Below, in pieces: positions 8,610-19,431 of a stretch of DNA of 64,000 bases; the stretch's first letter is position 1; each line of letters starts with the position of its first letter. Source of the DNA: Pseudomonadota bacterium (GTDB lineage Bacteria; Desulfobacterota; UBA8473); contig JBDRRJ010000033.1 in assembly GCA_043825855.1 (NCBI GenBank), positions 235-64,234 on the forward strand. Direction: 5' to 3'. The notes below the pieces were generated by a model. The model searched no databases. It was not told the DNA's origin and worked only from the letters and a program-made list of their open reading frames with translations. Made by a program: the position numbers and the translations under genes.

Positions 8610-10941
8610 GCTTCTTCTTTCCTTCAGTTTCTTTATAAGCTTGTTCAGGATATTCTATCCTTTGGTGGAATATCCCCGTTAAGATTTTATTGAAACTTTT
8701 GGCTATTTCATTCAAATCTTTGAGGGTTAACTCACATTCGTTTAACTGCCCGTCTACAAATATATTATTGATAATACGATGAACCATTCCCTGAATTCTC
8801 GATGGCGACGGATCAGGAATGGTTTTGGAGGCAGCCTCTACAGCATCAGCAAGCAATACAAGGCCTGCTTCCTTAGTTTGGGGTTTGGGGCCTGGATACC
8901 TGTAATCCTTTTCATCTACAGGATGCAATTCAGGATTCTCTTTATCTTTTGCCTTTTGATAGAAGAAATTAATAAGGCTGGTTCCATGATGTTGTTGTAT
9001 AATGTCTATTATTGGTTGCCCAAGTTTGCTCTCTTTGGCTATTTCTACTCCATCTTTAACATGAGAAAGTAAAATCAGACTGCTCATACTTGGAGCTAAC
9101 TTTTCGTGTTTATTCTCACCACCAATTTGGTTTTCTACAAAGTATAATGGTTTATTTATCTTTCCAATATCATGATAGTAAGCACTTACCTTAGCCAGAA
9201 GAGGGTTTGCATTAATAGTCTCTGCTGCTGCCTCAGCTAATGTTCCTACGATTATACTGTGGTGATACGTACCCGGGGCTCGTACTATTAATTCCCTCAT
9301 TTTAGGACTGTCAAGATTTGCCAGTTCAAGCAATTTAATATCTGTTATATAACCAAATAGTGTTTCAAATAAAGGAGTAGTTCCAATTACTATAAATCCA
9401 ACAAGTAGCCCACCTAGAAAGCCAAAAGTAATGTCAAAAACTGTCGTAAATGTAAAGAGTGACCCTTTAATCATATTAATTGATAATATGGTTATTACAT
9501 TTGTCAGGCCTACTATAGCACCAGTTTTCATGAGAGCTGTTCTGAACTTAGTTAAGATTACACCATTAGCCGCTACAATACTGCCAAAAAATGAATATAT
9601 AAAAAATTCCAGTCTGTTTTCAAATAGCATTCCAGCTAATATCGATATGGTAAGAGAAAAGACCAAGGCAACTCTAACATTTAATAAAATACTTATAAGC
9701 ATTGCTCCAGAGGCGATAGGAATAACATAGAGGCATGAATTAAAAGGTATAAGGGGAAAAGAGTTACTAACAGCTTCACATATCAGAATGGCAAGCTTTG
9801 CAAATAAAACAAACAATCCTGTTGTTATAGTTAATAATAAAAGGTCCTTGTTACTAATTTGAATCCCTTTAAAATTTTTTAGTGCAAAATTATAAAGAAT
9901 ATAGCAGAGCAAAACTACCAAAAGAATGATTCCAAATGATATAAATAGTAAGTTGCCGTACCTTTTTGCCCTTTGAAATACTTTCAGTTTTATCATGTGT
10001 TCATTTTTTATTCTTTCTCCTTCTCTTACGATTATTTCTCCTTTTTTAACTTGATAAAAAACTGGTTTAACACTTTCTCTTACAATATTCTTTCTTCGCG
10101 CTGTCTCATTCTTATTAAAAGTTAAGTTTGGTTCTATCAATCCTTGAGAAATAGCCATTACAGTATTTCTTAATGAATCCGGTATATTACCTGGGATCTT
10201 ATTCGAATTTGCTTCCATGACTTTTTTGGCATCTTTAATGCCGATTATTGAGGATATATCTTTTACTTTTACCTCCTCCTTCGTCTCAATATTCCTTATG
10301 ATAATCCCTCTCCCCTTCTCTTTATGCAGAAGTTCTTTATTGCCTACTATCTCATTCTCTAAGGGTACATTTATGAGTGTGCCTATATATTTTTCTATTC
10401 TTTTGTTAAATCTATACCTCTCTAGTACCCTAAATTCCTCATCGTTAATATCTGTAAGTATCTTCTGGAATTCTTTCCTATTGGCATTAATCTGTTTACT
10501 AAAAGAAGCTAAATTTGTTTTTGTTGTTTTAGCTGTATTTTCACTTTTGATCTTATAGTCAATCTCTTTATACAAATCTCTCATAAGGGTGAAAGAAGAT
10601 GTAAGCCTTGTCTGAATTTCACCGGATAAATTTGGATCAAAGTCATAAACTACTATAAAGTCTTTCTCTGCTTCTTTAATCCTCTGGTTAGTTGATTCTT
10701 CATCCTCTATGAGGAAATCCCGGGGGGATTTTATATTCTTTAAGGCAATATCACCAAGTTTATAGTGCATGGAGGACAACTCAGTATTTGGATATAGGAA
10801 AAAAGCCACAAATATACCCAGTGAGATAGCCATTAACCATCTTTGAAATAAAGGGTTATTAAATATTTCAAAACTTGGTATCCTAAAAGAGGATAAAAAC
10901 AATTCTGTTTTCTTTTTTTTATCTCCGTTCGTAACTGTCAC
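8509..10941 (-). CDS. 7TM-receptor HD-domain phosphohydrolase (7TMR-HDED, YqfF-like)
   Basis: 810 aa. Extracytoplasmic N-terminal region, then seven predicted TM helices, then an HD domain (HHSIIVGTLAEAAAE...YYHDIGK). Its phoH-HD-ybeY neighbourhood is the classic conserved arrangement. Confidence 0.8.
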   Translation of the reverse strand: MTVTNGDKKKKTELFLSSFRIPSFEIFNNPLFQRWLMAISLGIFVAFFLYPNTELSSMHYKLGDIALKNIKSPRDFLIEDEESTNQRIKEAEKDFIVVYDFDPNLSGEIQTRLTSSFTLMRDLYKEIDYKIKSENTAKTTKTNLASFSKQINANRKEFQKILTDINDEEFRVLERYRFNKRIEKYIGTLINVPLENEIVGNKELLHKEKGRGIIIRNIETKEEVKVKDISSIIGIKDAKKVMEANSNKIPGNIPDSLRNTVMAISQGLIEPNLTFNKNETARRKNIVRESVKPVFYQVKKGEIIVREGERIKNEHMIKLKVFQRAKRYGNLLFISFGIILLVVLLCYILYNFALKNFKGIQISNKDLLLLTITTGLFVLFAKLAILICEAVSNSFPLIPFNSCLYVIPIASGAMLISILLNVRVALVFSLTISILAGMLFENRLEFFIYSFFGSIVAANGVILTKFRTALMKTGAIVGLTNVITILSINMIKGSLFTFTTVFDITFGFLGGLLVGFIVIGTTPLFETLFGYITDIKLLELANLDSPKMRELIVRAPGTYHHSIIVGTLAEAAAETINANPLLAKVSAYYHDIGKINKPLYFVENQIGGENKHEKLAPSMSSLILLSHVKDGVEIAKESKLGQPIIDIIQQHHGTSLINFFYQKAKDKENPELHPVDEKDYRYPGPKPQTKEAGLVLLADAVEAASKTIPDPSPSRIQGMVHRIINNIFVDGQLNECELTLKDLNEIAKSFNKILTGIFHQRIEYPEQAYKETEGKKKLDDIDKKSTKQDKSKRIKDKKNGENDLKRLGMS

Positions 10942-11109
10942 TATGGTTTCCTAAATAAGTTGTTTTCCCCTAAAAAGTTAATTTGATGAGTTGTTGTTGC
11001 ATTCTTTATCGTTGCGAGTTAAAGACTACAAATTATACTTTTTTCATTTCTATACAATAACATTTATGACTTTTAAAGAGCCTATTTATAGCCTTCAGAT
11101 AATATATTT

Positions 11110-12093
11110 TTACACTGAATCTCTAGATCTCTCATATAGTTCATACGCTCTAATAACATCTTGAACCAGGCGGTGTCTTATTACATCCTTTTCAGAAAAA
11201 TAAGTAAAGTTTATTCCTTCGATACCTTTAAGTATTTTTTGTGCTTGTATTAATCCAGATATTTTTCCTTCAGATAAATCAATTTGGGTAATATCTCCTG
11301 TGATAACAGCCTTTGAGCTATAACCTAATCTGGTTAAAAACATCTTCATTTGTTCAGAAGTTGTGTTTTGTGCTTCATCCAGTATTACAAAGGAGTCGTT
11401 TAAGGTCCGCCCTCTCATAAAGGCTAGAGGTGCAACTTCGATAATCCCTCTTTGTACTAAGCTGGAAGCTTTTTCAAAGTCAATCATGTCATGAAGGGCA
11501 TCGTACAAGGGTCTAAGATAGGGGTTTACCTTTTCGTATAGATCTCCCGGCAAAAAACCCAGTTTTTCACCTGCTTCAACAGCTGGTCTGGCAAGAATAA
11601 TCCTATCAACTTCCTTTTTCATTAAAGAGGATATTGCAAGTGCCATTGCAAGGTAAGTTTTGCCGGTTCCAGCCGGGCCTATACCAAATACAATGTCAAA
11701 ACTTCTTATAGCGTCGATATATTCTTTTTGACATAAACTCTTTGGGGTTATAAGCCTTTTTCTGGAAGAGATATAAACAGTATCAAGAAATATATGTTTG
11801 AGGTTTGCCGAACTATCGTTACTTACAATCCTTAATGCATAATCAACGTCATTCGGGTATATAGGGTAACCAGACTCAAGGAGTGAATAGAGTTCCAACA
11901 GTACTTTTTCTGCAATCTTTACATCAAAATAATCACCATTTATAATTATCTCATTCCCTTTTACATTAATATTTACTCCCAAGGACTTTTCGATGTACCT
12001 AAGGTTTTTGTTATGTCCACCAAAAAGGGTCCTGAGTAGATTATTATCATCAAAACCCAGTTTTACTTTATCTTGTTTGATTTCGCTTTTCAA
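11110..12093 (-). CDS. phoH: PhoH-like ATPase
   Basis: 327 aa. Walker [16 protein letters not shown]-like N-terminal region. Confidence 0.9.
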   Translation of the reverse strand: MKSEIKQDKVKLGFDDNNLLRTLFGGHNKNLRYIEKSLGVNINVKGNEIIINGDYFDVKIAEKVLLELYSLLESGYPIYPNDVDYALRIVSNDSSANLKHIFLDTVYISSRKRLITPKSLCQKEYIDAIRSFDIVFGIGPAGTGKTYLAMALAISSLMKKEVDRIILARPAVEAGEKLGFLPGDLYEKVNPYLRPLYDALHDMIDFEKASSLVQRGIIEVAPLAFMRGRTLNDSFVILDEAQNTTSEQMKMFLTRLGYSSKAVITGDITQIDLSEGKISGLIQAQKILKGIEGINFTYFSEKDVIRHRLVQDVIRAYELYERSRDSV

Positions 12094-12232
12094 AAAATCC
12101 TTTCTCCGGCTATTATGCTTTTCAAAAAATTTAGATTATTATAATAATTTTAAGTAATACTCAATCACCTATTATTTGAATCCTTACCTCTCTTGTCCTT
12201 GAACGGTTATCGAAATCCAATAAAACTATTTA

Positions 12233-12579
12233 CTACCATGTACCTAGTAAAAGTTCCTTGTCAATCATAGAAATAGTTAAAGATGCCCCCAATAAAGCCG
12301 ATTTACGTGAGAATAACCGTTCTCATCACCCCATCTGCGATCATGTTCATATTCTATATCACTGGGTGCAATCTTTTCTATGGCTTTTTTAAAATCACTT
12401 ATTACACCACTTTCATATTCTATAGTGGTTAAAGCCGCTGTCGAACCTGATATAAAAACTATTATACTACCATTACAAATGTTCGAATGCAAAATAATTT
12501 CTTTAACCTGACTGGTTATATCAATTATATCAGTATTATGGGTTGTCTGAGAGAGTATAACTGAATTTTCTATCTTCAT
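12233..12579 (-). pseudogene. YjbQ-family (UPF0047) paralog, apparently frameshifted and C-terminally truncated
   Basis: ORF 12277..12579 encodes 100 aa matching the YjbQ N-terminal two thirds (MKIENSVILSQTTHNTDIIDITSQV) and ends ...GHL*. Reading one nucleotide out of frame just downstream gives ISMIDKELLLGTW*, which matches the YjbQ C-terminal LVLGTWQ motif and then stops. The intact paralog at 54711..55106 is 131 aa. Confidence 0.5.
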
Positions 12580-12762
12580 TTAACGCCTAATTTAATTTAT
12601 GAAACATATATATTTATTGCAGTTTAATGGATTATATTAACTTTGTTACTTTTTTCTCTTGTAAAAATTATAGAGTTTTCCTATTCTATATCACATTTTA
12701 TGATGGGATTCAAATTCTTCTTATTCTTTAAAAAAGCAAACTTTATCTTAGGAGTAATAATT

Positions 12763-13548
12763 TTGCAAGACGCAAACTTAGAATATTTCAAAACATTGCT
12801 ACAGGTAATGAAAAAACTAAGGGGACCTGAAGGTTGCCCCTGGGACAGAGAACAAACCAGAGATACATTGAAATGGTATTTAGTAGAAGAGTGTTATGAG
12901 GCGTTAGATGCAATCGAAAAAGGATTAGATGAAAAGATTAAGGAAGAGCTGGGGGATATCCTTTTTCAAATTATATTTTTAGCAGAGATTTCAGAAGAAG
13001 ACGGAATGTTCAACATATTTGATGTAATTAACTCTGCAAGAGAAAAGATGGTTCGACGCCATCCCCATGTGTTTCAAAATGAAAACGCAAAAGATAGCGA
13101 AGAAGTCAAAAAGATTTGGCAGAAGATAAAAAAAGAGGAAAAGAAAGATGAAGAAGGTTCTATATTAGACTCTATTCCTAAAAATCTTCCTTCCCTTTTA
13201 AGGGCTTTCAGGATTACAAAAGGAGCTGCTCAAATTGGTTTTGATTGGAATAACGTGGAAGGAGTATTTAACAAAATTAAAGAAGAGATAGAAGAATTTA
13301 GAGAAACTTTAAAAGAAAAAGACAAAGAAGGAATGGAGAATGAACTGGGAGATATTCTATTCTCGTTAGTAAATCTTGGGAGGTTCTTGGAGATTAACCC
13401 TGAGGATGCATTAAGAAAAACTATCAATAAGTTTATAATGCGTTTTAAAAATATTGAGATATCGTCGAAAAAAAAAGATAAAGAAATATATGATCTAACC
13501 ATGAAAGAAATGGATAAACTCTGGGATGAAGCAAAAAAGAATGGATAG
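12763..13548 (+). CDS. mazG: Nucleoside triphosphate pyrophosphohydrolase MazG
   Basis: Two MazG EExxE repeats (EECYEALDAIE, EEIEEFRE) and the LRGPEGCPWDREQT motif. The track ORF starts at 12643, but its N-terminal 40 aa are low-complexity. A TTG at 12763 preceded by GGAG (12751..12754) gives the typical ...LEYFKTLLQVMKKLRG MazG N-terminus. ATG 12808 is an alternative start. Confidence 0.8.
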   Translation: MQDANLEYFKTLLQVMKKLRGPEGCPWDREQTRDTLKWYLVEECYEALDAIEKGLDEKIKEELGDILFQIIFLAEISEEDGMFNIFDVINSAREKMVRRHPHVFQNENAKDSEEVKKIWQKIKKEEKKDEEGSILDSIPKNLPSLLRAFRITKGAAQIGFDWNNVEGVFNKIKEEIEEFRETLKEKDKEGMENELGDILFSLVNLGRFLEINPEDALRKTINKFIMRFKNIEISSKKKDKEIYDLTMKEMDKLWDEAKKNG

Positions 13549-13568
13549 GATTGCTTTATTACTTAAAA

Positions 13569-13904
13569 CTATTTATATTTATAAGGGAAGTCATATAGTT
13601 CATAGTATAATTTAACATATTGATCACCCTTATCTGACTGTAGACTATCTTCAGCCTCTTTTGGATAATAATATGTTAAGCTGGCTAAATTTTTTTCCTT
13701 CAAGCTAACTCCTATTTTTTCCAGCTCCTCTAGGGTAAATATATCTCCAGAAACTCTCCTGATAACTTCCAAATCTACCTGTTCTTTCTTGTTTAATCCA
13801 TTAGAAAATAGCAAAAGAAGCATATATAATTTAAGTTCATTATCAGTTAAATCTCTGAATTCCTTCGACCGGCATACCTTTTTTATTATCTCAGTCTTTT
13901 CCAT
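13569..13904 (-). CDS. Hypothetical small protein, paralog A (111 aa; possible winged-helix N-terminus)
   Basis: About 60% identical over its full length to the ORF at 14436..14771. Conserved blocks MEK.EI.KK.C..K.FRDL...ELKLY.LLL.F, SGDIF and KLASL..YPKE. Flanked by very AT-rich intergenic DNA. Confidence 0.6.
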   Translation of the reverse strand: MEKTEIIKKVCRSKEFRDLTDNELKLYMLLLLFSNGLNKKEQVDLEVIRRVSGDIFTLEELEKIGVSLKEKNLASLTYYYPKEAEDSLQSDKGDQYVKLYYELYDFPYKYK

Positions 13905-14435
13905 TTTTTTAACCTTATAATATTATAATCTCTATATTTTTATCAAGTTGATACTCACAAACAAAAGTCATAACCCAATATATAAGTTTAATACTATTTA
14001 TTATGTAAGTTATATACCACTATGAATGAAATAAAATAACTATTTACAATCTTAGATTGCGTATGTCAAGAAAAATTTAAATTAATAAAGAAACTAAATA
14101 TATGTATATATACTAACTAATATAAGCAACTTATGATTAGTAGATTTATTTGCACCTTTTTATGCCATACACGTGAAAACGGAGATCCAGAATAATCATG
14201 GAGATCGAAGGTTCTCTTTCCAAAGAAATGACCGTTATAAGGACTCTTTATGTGATTCCCAAGATTCTGTTTAATCATAAAATTATTTTGTGAATTATTG
14301 TTGTAATATCAATCTATCCATTGAGGGAGCTCTTCTACTTTGCCATTTTATGATAAATGTACTAGCTAAAATTATTGTATTTTTTAATCAGGCCCCAGGT
14401 CTCTTAATGGTCTTACTTATAGATAAAATTCAAAA

Positions 14436-14771
14436 TTATTTGCATTTAAAAGGCAAATCATATAGTTTAAAACACAACTTAACATTTTGATCACTTTTAT
14501 CAGACATATAACATTCCTTATCCTCTTTCGGATAAGACAATGACAAACTGGCCAATTTATGTTTCTTCAGTCTAAGCCCTATTTCTTTTAACTCTTTGAC
14601 GCTGAATATATCTCCAGACATCCACCTGATGATCTCCATGTTAATATACTCCTCTTTGTTTAGTTCCTGAGCAAATATTAAGAGAAGGATATAAAGCTTT
14701 AATTCATCTCTAGATAGGTCCCTAAATATCTTTAGCTTGCAAAGCTTTTTTAAAATTTCTATCTTTTCCAT
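14436..14771 (-). CDS. Hypothetical small protein, paralog B (111 aa)
   Basis: Same length and about 60% identity to 13569..13904. The 3' flanks of both copies are also similar (tcatatagtt...ttaacat.ttgatcac). Confidence 0.6.
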   Translation of the reverse strand: MEKIEILKKLCKLKIFRDLSRDELKLYILLLIFAQELNKEEYINMEIIRWMSGDIFSVKELKEIGLRLKKHKLASLSLSYPKEDKECYMSDKSDQNVKLCFKLYDLPFKCK

Positions 14772-15097
14772 ATACTTATATAATCTGATATTGTAATTGT
14801 GATATTGCTAACTAATAAATACTCAGTAGATAGAGACTATAATTTAGAATATTTTGCAAAGATTGAAATAGGCTAAATGTATTCTCACAAGTTGATTGTA
14901 AGGTTTTGCCTAACTCGGTTATGGTTAATAATATGACATATTATCTTATATGTCAACATAAAAATGAATATTTGTCATATTATTATCGAACAAAAAAGTG
15001 GTCCATCTACTTATAATTGCAAGAAACTACGGGAATATTATCTGTTGACTATCTCCCAAAATTGATATAATCTTTTCAATAATTCAAGGAGGTTGAA

Positions 15098-15592
15098 TTG
15101 AAAACCGAGATTGGTGAGAGGTTGAAAAATATAAGAAAAGAAAGGGGGTTAACTCAAAGAGAGCTTGCCTTAAAGGTAAGTGGCAAGGTTGATTATACCT
15201 ATATTGGAAAGATCGAAAAAAATAGACAGCTTCCATCAATTGGAGTATTGAAGAGGATTAGTGAGGCTCTATCTGTTCCACTGAGTTATTTTTTTATAGA
15301 AGAAGGAACAACAGAATTATTAAAACTGTTGCCGGAGGACCTAAAACATATTGCAAAAAGTAAGAAAAAGCAGGTATTATTAAAGGTTCTAAAAGATATT
15401 GACGAAGAAGATATTCCTTTTTTTGTTGAGATTATTAATATTTTAAATAAACATAGGAAGTTTTGCATAGAGGATAAATCAAGACATGAAGGAGAAGGGC
15501 AGCTTTCAATAGGTGCAAAAGATAAGGAAGAATATTTAAAAGTAGCCGATAATAGAGAAGACTACGGTGAAAAAAACACTAAACCAAAGTAG
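15098..15592 (+). CDS. XRE-family helix-turn-helix transcriptional regulator with about 95-aa charged C-terminal extension
   Basis: N-terminus LKNIRKERGLTQRELALKVSGKVDYTYIGKIEKNRQLPSIGVLKRISEALSV is a canonical HTH_XRE (Cro/C1 type). It is divergent from the paralog pair. Confidence 0.8.
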   Translation: MKTEIGERLKNIRKERGLTQRELALKVSGKVDYTYIGKIEKNRQLPSIGVLKRISEALSVPLSYFFIEEGTTELLKLLPEDLKHIAKSKKKQVLLKVLKDIDEEDIPFFVEIINILNKHRKFCIEDKSRHEGEGQLSIGAKDKEEYLKVADNREDYGEKNTKPK

Positions 15593-15815
15593 TTATTAAA
15601 GAATATTAATATCTTTCCCCATCACCCCCACCTTTCAACATCTATTGTGGATAACATGTTTATAACCCTGTGAAATAGTGGCCTCGAAGCCTGAAAAATT
15701 ATGGGTTTGCACCACTTTGCATAAACTTTACTCAAAATAAATTATGTAGCAAAAACAATAAGATATAATATTTTTAAAGGATTTAGGGGGGTTATGATAG
15801 CAGGATGTTATTAGG

Positions 15816-16298
15816 CTATAGTAGCTTATCTATAATCTTAGAATAATGATCTCCAAAACCAACAATCTCTAACTCCCTAAAATCATTTTCCAAATGGTTA
15901 ATATGGATTTCTAAATGATTTTCAGGCAGCAGGTGGATTGCCTTTTCTGCCCATTCAATTACGGTAATACCTCTACCTTCAAAGTATTCTTCATATCCTA
16001 GGTTTTCAATTTCTGAACAGCCTTCCAATCTGTAAAAATCAAAATGATAAAGAGGGATTCTACCCATATATTCATTGATTATGGTGTAAGATGGACTTGT
16101 TATACAATTTTCTTCAGAAATATCTATTCCTAGTGCCAACCCTTTTACTAATTGAGTCTTCCCTGCGCCTAAATCTCCAAACAACGCAACAAGATCACCA
16201 GCCATCAAATGTTTACCTAAGGTCTCTCCAAACTTGAGGGTAGCTTGAGGGGTTTCCAATATTAATTTGATTTCTTTCAATTTCACAGAAGACATCAT
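15816..16298 (-). CDS. tsaE: tRNA threonylcarbamoyladenosine biosynthesis protein TsaE
   Basis: 160 aa. Walker A LFGDLGAGKTQLVKG. Confidence 0.85.
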   Translation of the reverse strand: MMSSVKLKEIKLILETPQATLKFGETLGKHLMAGDLVALFGDLGAGKTQLVKGLALGIDISEENCITSPSYTIINEYMGRIPLYHFDFYRLEGCSEIENLGYEEYFEGRGITVIEWAEKAIHLLPENHLEIHINHLENDFRELEIVGFGDHYSKIIDKLL

Positions 16299-16432
16299 AA
16301 TTGTAAAGAGTCAATGATCAGCTTCAATCATTAACGGCTGAATGCTGAAAGTTAAATGATTATGTAAGAAAGCAGATAAAAAAGGACTTACAAATGTTGA
16401 ATTAGAAAATTATCAACCTTTATTATTTCTAA

Positions 16433-16816
16433 CTAATTACTCAATGTATTAACTAGATTATCAGGAATTCTTATAGGTTTTCCATCTTTATTAATACATG
16501 CCAGTTTGGTCATTCCTGAGACAACTAATCTCTGATCAACCTTTCTATGGACAGAATACTCCATAACAAAACTGGCCCCGGTTATATTAGAAACAGTTGT
16601 TGTTATATCCAGTACATCATCATACTTTGCAGGAAATCTATAATCAACCTCTGCCCTTACAACAACAAAACCAATGCCTTTTTCGATATAGTCTGAAAAT
16701 GGTTTTCCTCTTTTTCTGACAAATTCTGTCCTGGCCCTTTCAAAATACTTAAGATAATTTGCATAGTATACCACACCACCACAATCTGTATCCTCGTAAT
16801 ATACTCTAATCTCCAT
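16433..16816 (-). CDS. YbgC/4HBT-family acyl-CoA thioesterase
   Basis: 127 aa. N-terminus VYYEDTDCGGVVYYANYLKYFERAR is the hotdog-fold YbgC signature. Confidence 0.8.
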   Translation of the reverse strand: MEIRVYYEDTDCGGVVYYANYLKYFERARTEFVRKRGKPFSDYIEKGIGFVVVRAEVDYRFPAKYDDVLDITTTVSNITGASFVMEYSVHRKVDQRLVVSGMTKLACINKDGKPIRIPDNLVNTLSN

Positions 16817-16936
16817 TTAAAACCAGCTCCTTCCATTTTACTTTCAAGTAACCTGTTTGGCAAAGATGATCTTAACAAATTAAATAAAGGATAAATCGTA
16901 GTTAATTCTAAATGAATAAAAGAAAAGAAAACCTGA

Positions 16937-17881
16937 TTATCTTAATTTCAGTAAAGAAATAGGATCTACTCTTGCATCGTGTAAACGCACACCCCAATGA
17001 AGATGGGGTCCTGTTGATCTGCCAGAGGAACCTACGAGACCTAATATTTCCCCCTTTTTAACTCTTTGCCCCTCTTTCACGTCGATTTTGGACAGATGAA
17101 AGTACATGGTGTATAGCCCTCTCCCATGATCCACAATAACTGACTTCCCGCAGAAAAACATTTCACTTACAAATATTACAATTCCTGTATTTGAGGATCT
17201 TATCTCTTCTCCTATCCCGGCTCGCAGGTCAACTCCTGTATGGGGACTCTTTGGCAAACCATTGAGTATTCGTCTAACCCCGAAGGAACTGATAATCTCT
17301 CCATTTAGAGGTTTAATGAACTTCCCATACCAAATTTTGTCGTTTCTCTCTATTGCCCATATCTCTTTTAGCTTTTTGTTTTCTTCGTCTATCTGTTTTA
17401 ATGTATCCTGATCCAATTCGACCATCTCTTTTGGCAGAGATATTCTCTGCTCTCCGAAGTCCTTCTTATTTATCTTAATATTGTAGATACCCTTTAAAGT
17501 CTTACCTGAATTGCTTTTTGCCATAATCGCAAGCTTATATATTCCGGGTTCTGTTTCCATATCTATACCGATTAAAGTTTGAAACAATTCATCATTCTTT
17601 ATTTTATAAAAAGAAAGGTCCTTATTCTGAAAATTTCCTGTGAGTGAATGAGCATCATTGGGCATAAGCACATTAACCACAAAGATGTCACCCTGTCTAA
17701 CCTTTTCGGGGAACCAGCGTGCCTTAAAGGGAACCTCTTTCTGTTCTGAGAAAGCAGTCCCTGATAAAAGAAGGATTGCGATAAAAATGGGAAACAATTT
17801 CCAAGAAAAAAATAGGTATTTAAGCAAAAAATAATTTTCTTTTAAAGCTATAAATCCAATCTTTAATTTATAATTATCCAA
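16937..17881 (-). CDS. M23-family peptidoglycan metalloendopeptidase
   Basis: C-terminal HTGVDL...GPHLHWGVRL motifs (HxxxD and HxH). N-terminal signal/TM. Confidence 0.8.
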   Translation of the reverse strand: MDNYKLKIGFIALKENYFLLKYLFFSWKLFPIFIAILLLSGTAFSEQKEVPFKARWFPEKVRQGDIFVVNVLMPNDAHSLTGNFQNKDLSFYKIKNDELFQTLIGIDMETEPGIYKLAIMAKSNSGKTLKGIYNIKINKKDFGEQRISLPKEMVELDQDTLKQIDEENKKLKEIWAIERNDKIWYGKFIKPLNGEIISSFGVRRILNGLPKSPHTGVDLRAGIGEEIRSSNTGIVIFVSEMFFCGKSVIVDHGRGLYTMYFHLSKIDVKEGQRVKKGEILGLVGSSGRSTGPHLHWGVRLHDARVDPISLLKLR

Positions 17882-17906
17882 TGCTTCTACCTTACTACTT
17901 CAAGAA

Positions 17907-19253
17907 TTAAGCATCTTCTACAAGTTCTTTAACTTGACTAATTATTTCTCCAAGGTGCAATTTAACGTTTACTATATCACCAATTTTTACACCCTTCACA
18001 TCTTTCAAAACATTGTAATTGGGTAAAGTCCTAGTTATGCTGTAACCTCTTTGAAGTATTTTCAGTGGGCTTAGTTTATCAAGCCCCTCCAGTGATCTCT
18101 CAAACCTGTGTCTTTGGTTTTCCAGATAATGCCTTATATGGACATCTATCTCTTTATTCAGTTGATAAATAAGAGTTTTTAACTCCCCTATCCTGCCTTT
18201 TGGACTTCTGAAGACAAGGGTTTCTTTTCTTCTATCAATCTGTTCAGCCTTTCGCCTTAACAGATTGGATGTATAGGTAGATAGACGACTGAAAATATCA
18301 TCAACCTTTAGTCTAAAATCGTCTATTCTTCTTCTCGGATCTAACAACCTTCTATCAAGAAATTCCAATTTGTTTCTATTTAATTCAATATGTTTGTTTA
18401 TAATATTTACCAGTCTTTCCAACCATTGTTTAAGGTAACTTATAAGTTCAGATTTATTGGCAATTACTAGTTCAGCACCAGCAGAGGGTGTAGGTGCACG
18501 GAGGTCTGCTGCAAAATCAGAAATTGTATAGTCTATTTCATGCCCAACCGCTGAAATTACGGGGATATTCGAGTTGTAGATTGCTCTGGCAACAACCTCT
18601 TCGTTAAAAGCCCAGAGATCCTCCAAAGACCCCCCCCCTCTACCTACAATCATCACATCAACCATTGTTGTTCTGTTAAGCTCGTCTATAGCGTTTGTTA
18701 TCTCATTAGATGCCCCCTCTCCTTGAACCCGTACAGGCATGATAAGTATCTCTGTATTGGGAAAGCGACGTAGAATAATATTTATCATATCTCGAACAGC
18801 GGCCCCTGAAGGAGAGGTAACCAGTCCGATCTTTCTAGGCAATATGGGTAATGGTTTTTTATGAGAATCGTCAAAGAGCCCTTCATTTTTTAGTTTCTCT
18901 TTCAATTGTTCATAAGCCAGTTGAAGAGCACCCACACCCTTTGGTTCTATATAATCGATTATAAACTGATAATCGCCCCTGGCTTCGTACACACTAACCC
19001 TTCCCCTGCAAATCATTTGAAGACCATCTTTTATTTCGAACCTAAGGAATCTTAGATGTGATCTGAAAACTACTGTTTTGATCTGACTGTTTTCGTCTTT
19101 GAGAGTAAAGTAAAGATGGCCTGAAGATGGGGATCTAAGGTTAGATATCTCACCTTCTACCCAAACCGTGTCAAAAGTGGATTCTAATTTAAGCTTTATC
19201 TCCTGGGTAAGCTCTGAAACAGTTAAAATCTGTAAATTGGAAGAAATAGACAA
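17907..19253 (-). CDS. xseA: Exodeoxyribonuclease VII large subunit
   Basis: 448 aa. OB-fold N-terminus (VWVEGEISN), then the conserved catalytic core (GRGGGSLEDLWAFNEE) and a coiled-coil tail. Confidence 0.9.
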   Translation of the reverse strand: MSISSNLQILTVSELTQEIKLKLESTFDTVWVEGEISNLRSPSSGHLYFTLKDENSQIKTVVFRSHLRFLRFEIKDGLQMICRGRVSVYEARGDYQFIIDYIEPKGVGALQLAYEQLKEKLKNEGLFDDSHKKPLPILPRKIGLVTSPSGAAVRDMINIILRRFPNTEILIMPVRVQGEGASNEITNAIDELNRTTMVDVMIVGRGGGSLEDLWAFNEEVVARAIYNSNIPVISAVGHEIDYTISDFAADLRAPTPSAGAELVIANKSELISYLKQWLERLVNIINKHIELNRNKLEFLDRRLLDPRRRIDDFRLKVDDIFSRLSTYTSNLLRRKAEQIDRRKETLVFRSPKGRIGELKTLIYQLNKEIDVHIRHYLENQRHRFERSLEGLDKLSPLKILQRGYSITRTLPNYNVLKDVKGVKIGDIVNVKLHLGEIISQVKELVEDA

Positions 19254-19431
19254 GACAAGCTCCCTGTGGCAGGGTAATCCCTACTAGCTTTGATTTTATT
19301 TATCCTGACAAATTCCCTTTGGATCAAACATAAACAGGATTTTTGGAGCACCAATCTTGACAAAGCGGAAGATAGGCATTTTCAGTTTGTTTGAGCCCGA
19401 AGGGCGAGTTACTGGAGTAAAAGGGATTTTA

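Noticed and set aside
12643-12762. N-terminal 40-aa extension of the mazG ORF
   Set aside because: Phe/Leu-rich translation of an AT-rich leader. A TTG with GGAG RBS at 12763 gives a canonical MazG N-terminus.
19254-19431. GCCC-GAA-GGGC hairpin in the xseA upstream spacer
   Set aside because: Short 4-bp stem, no U-tract, and no conserved sRNA motif recognisable.
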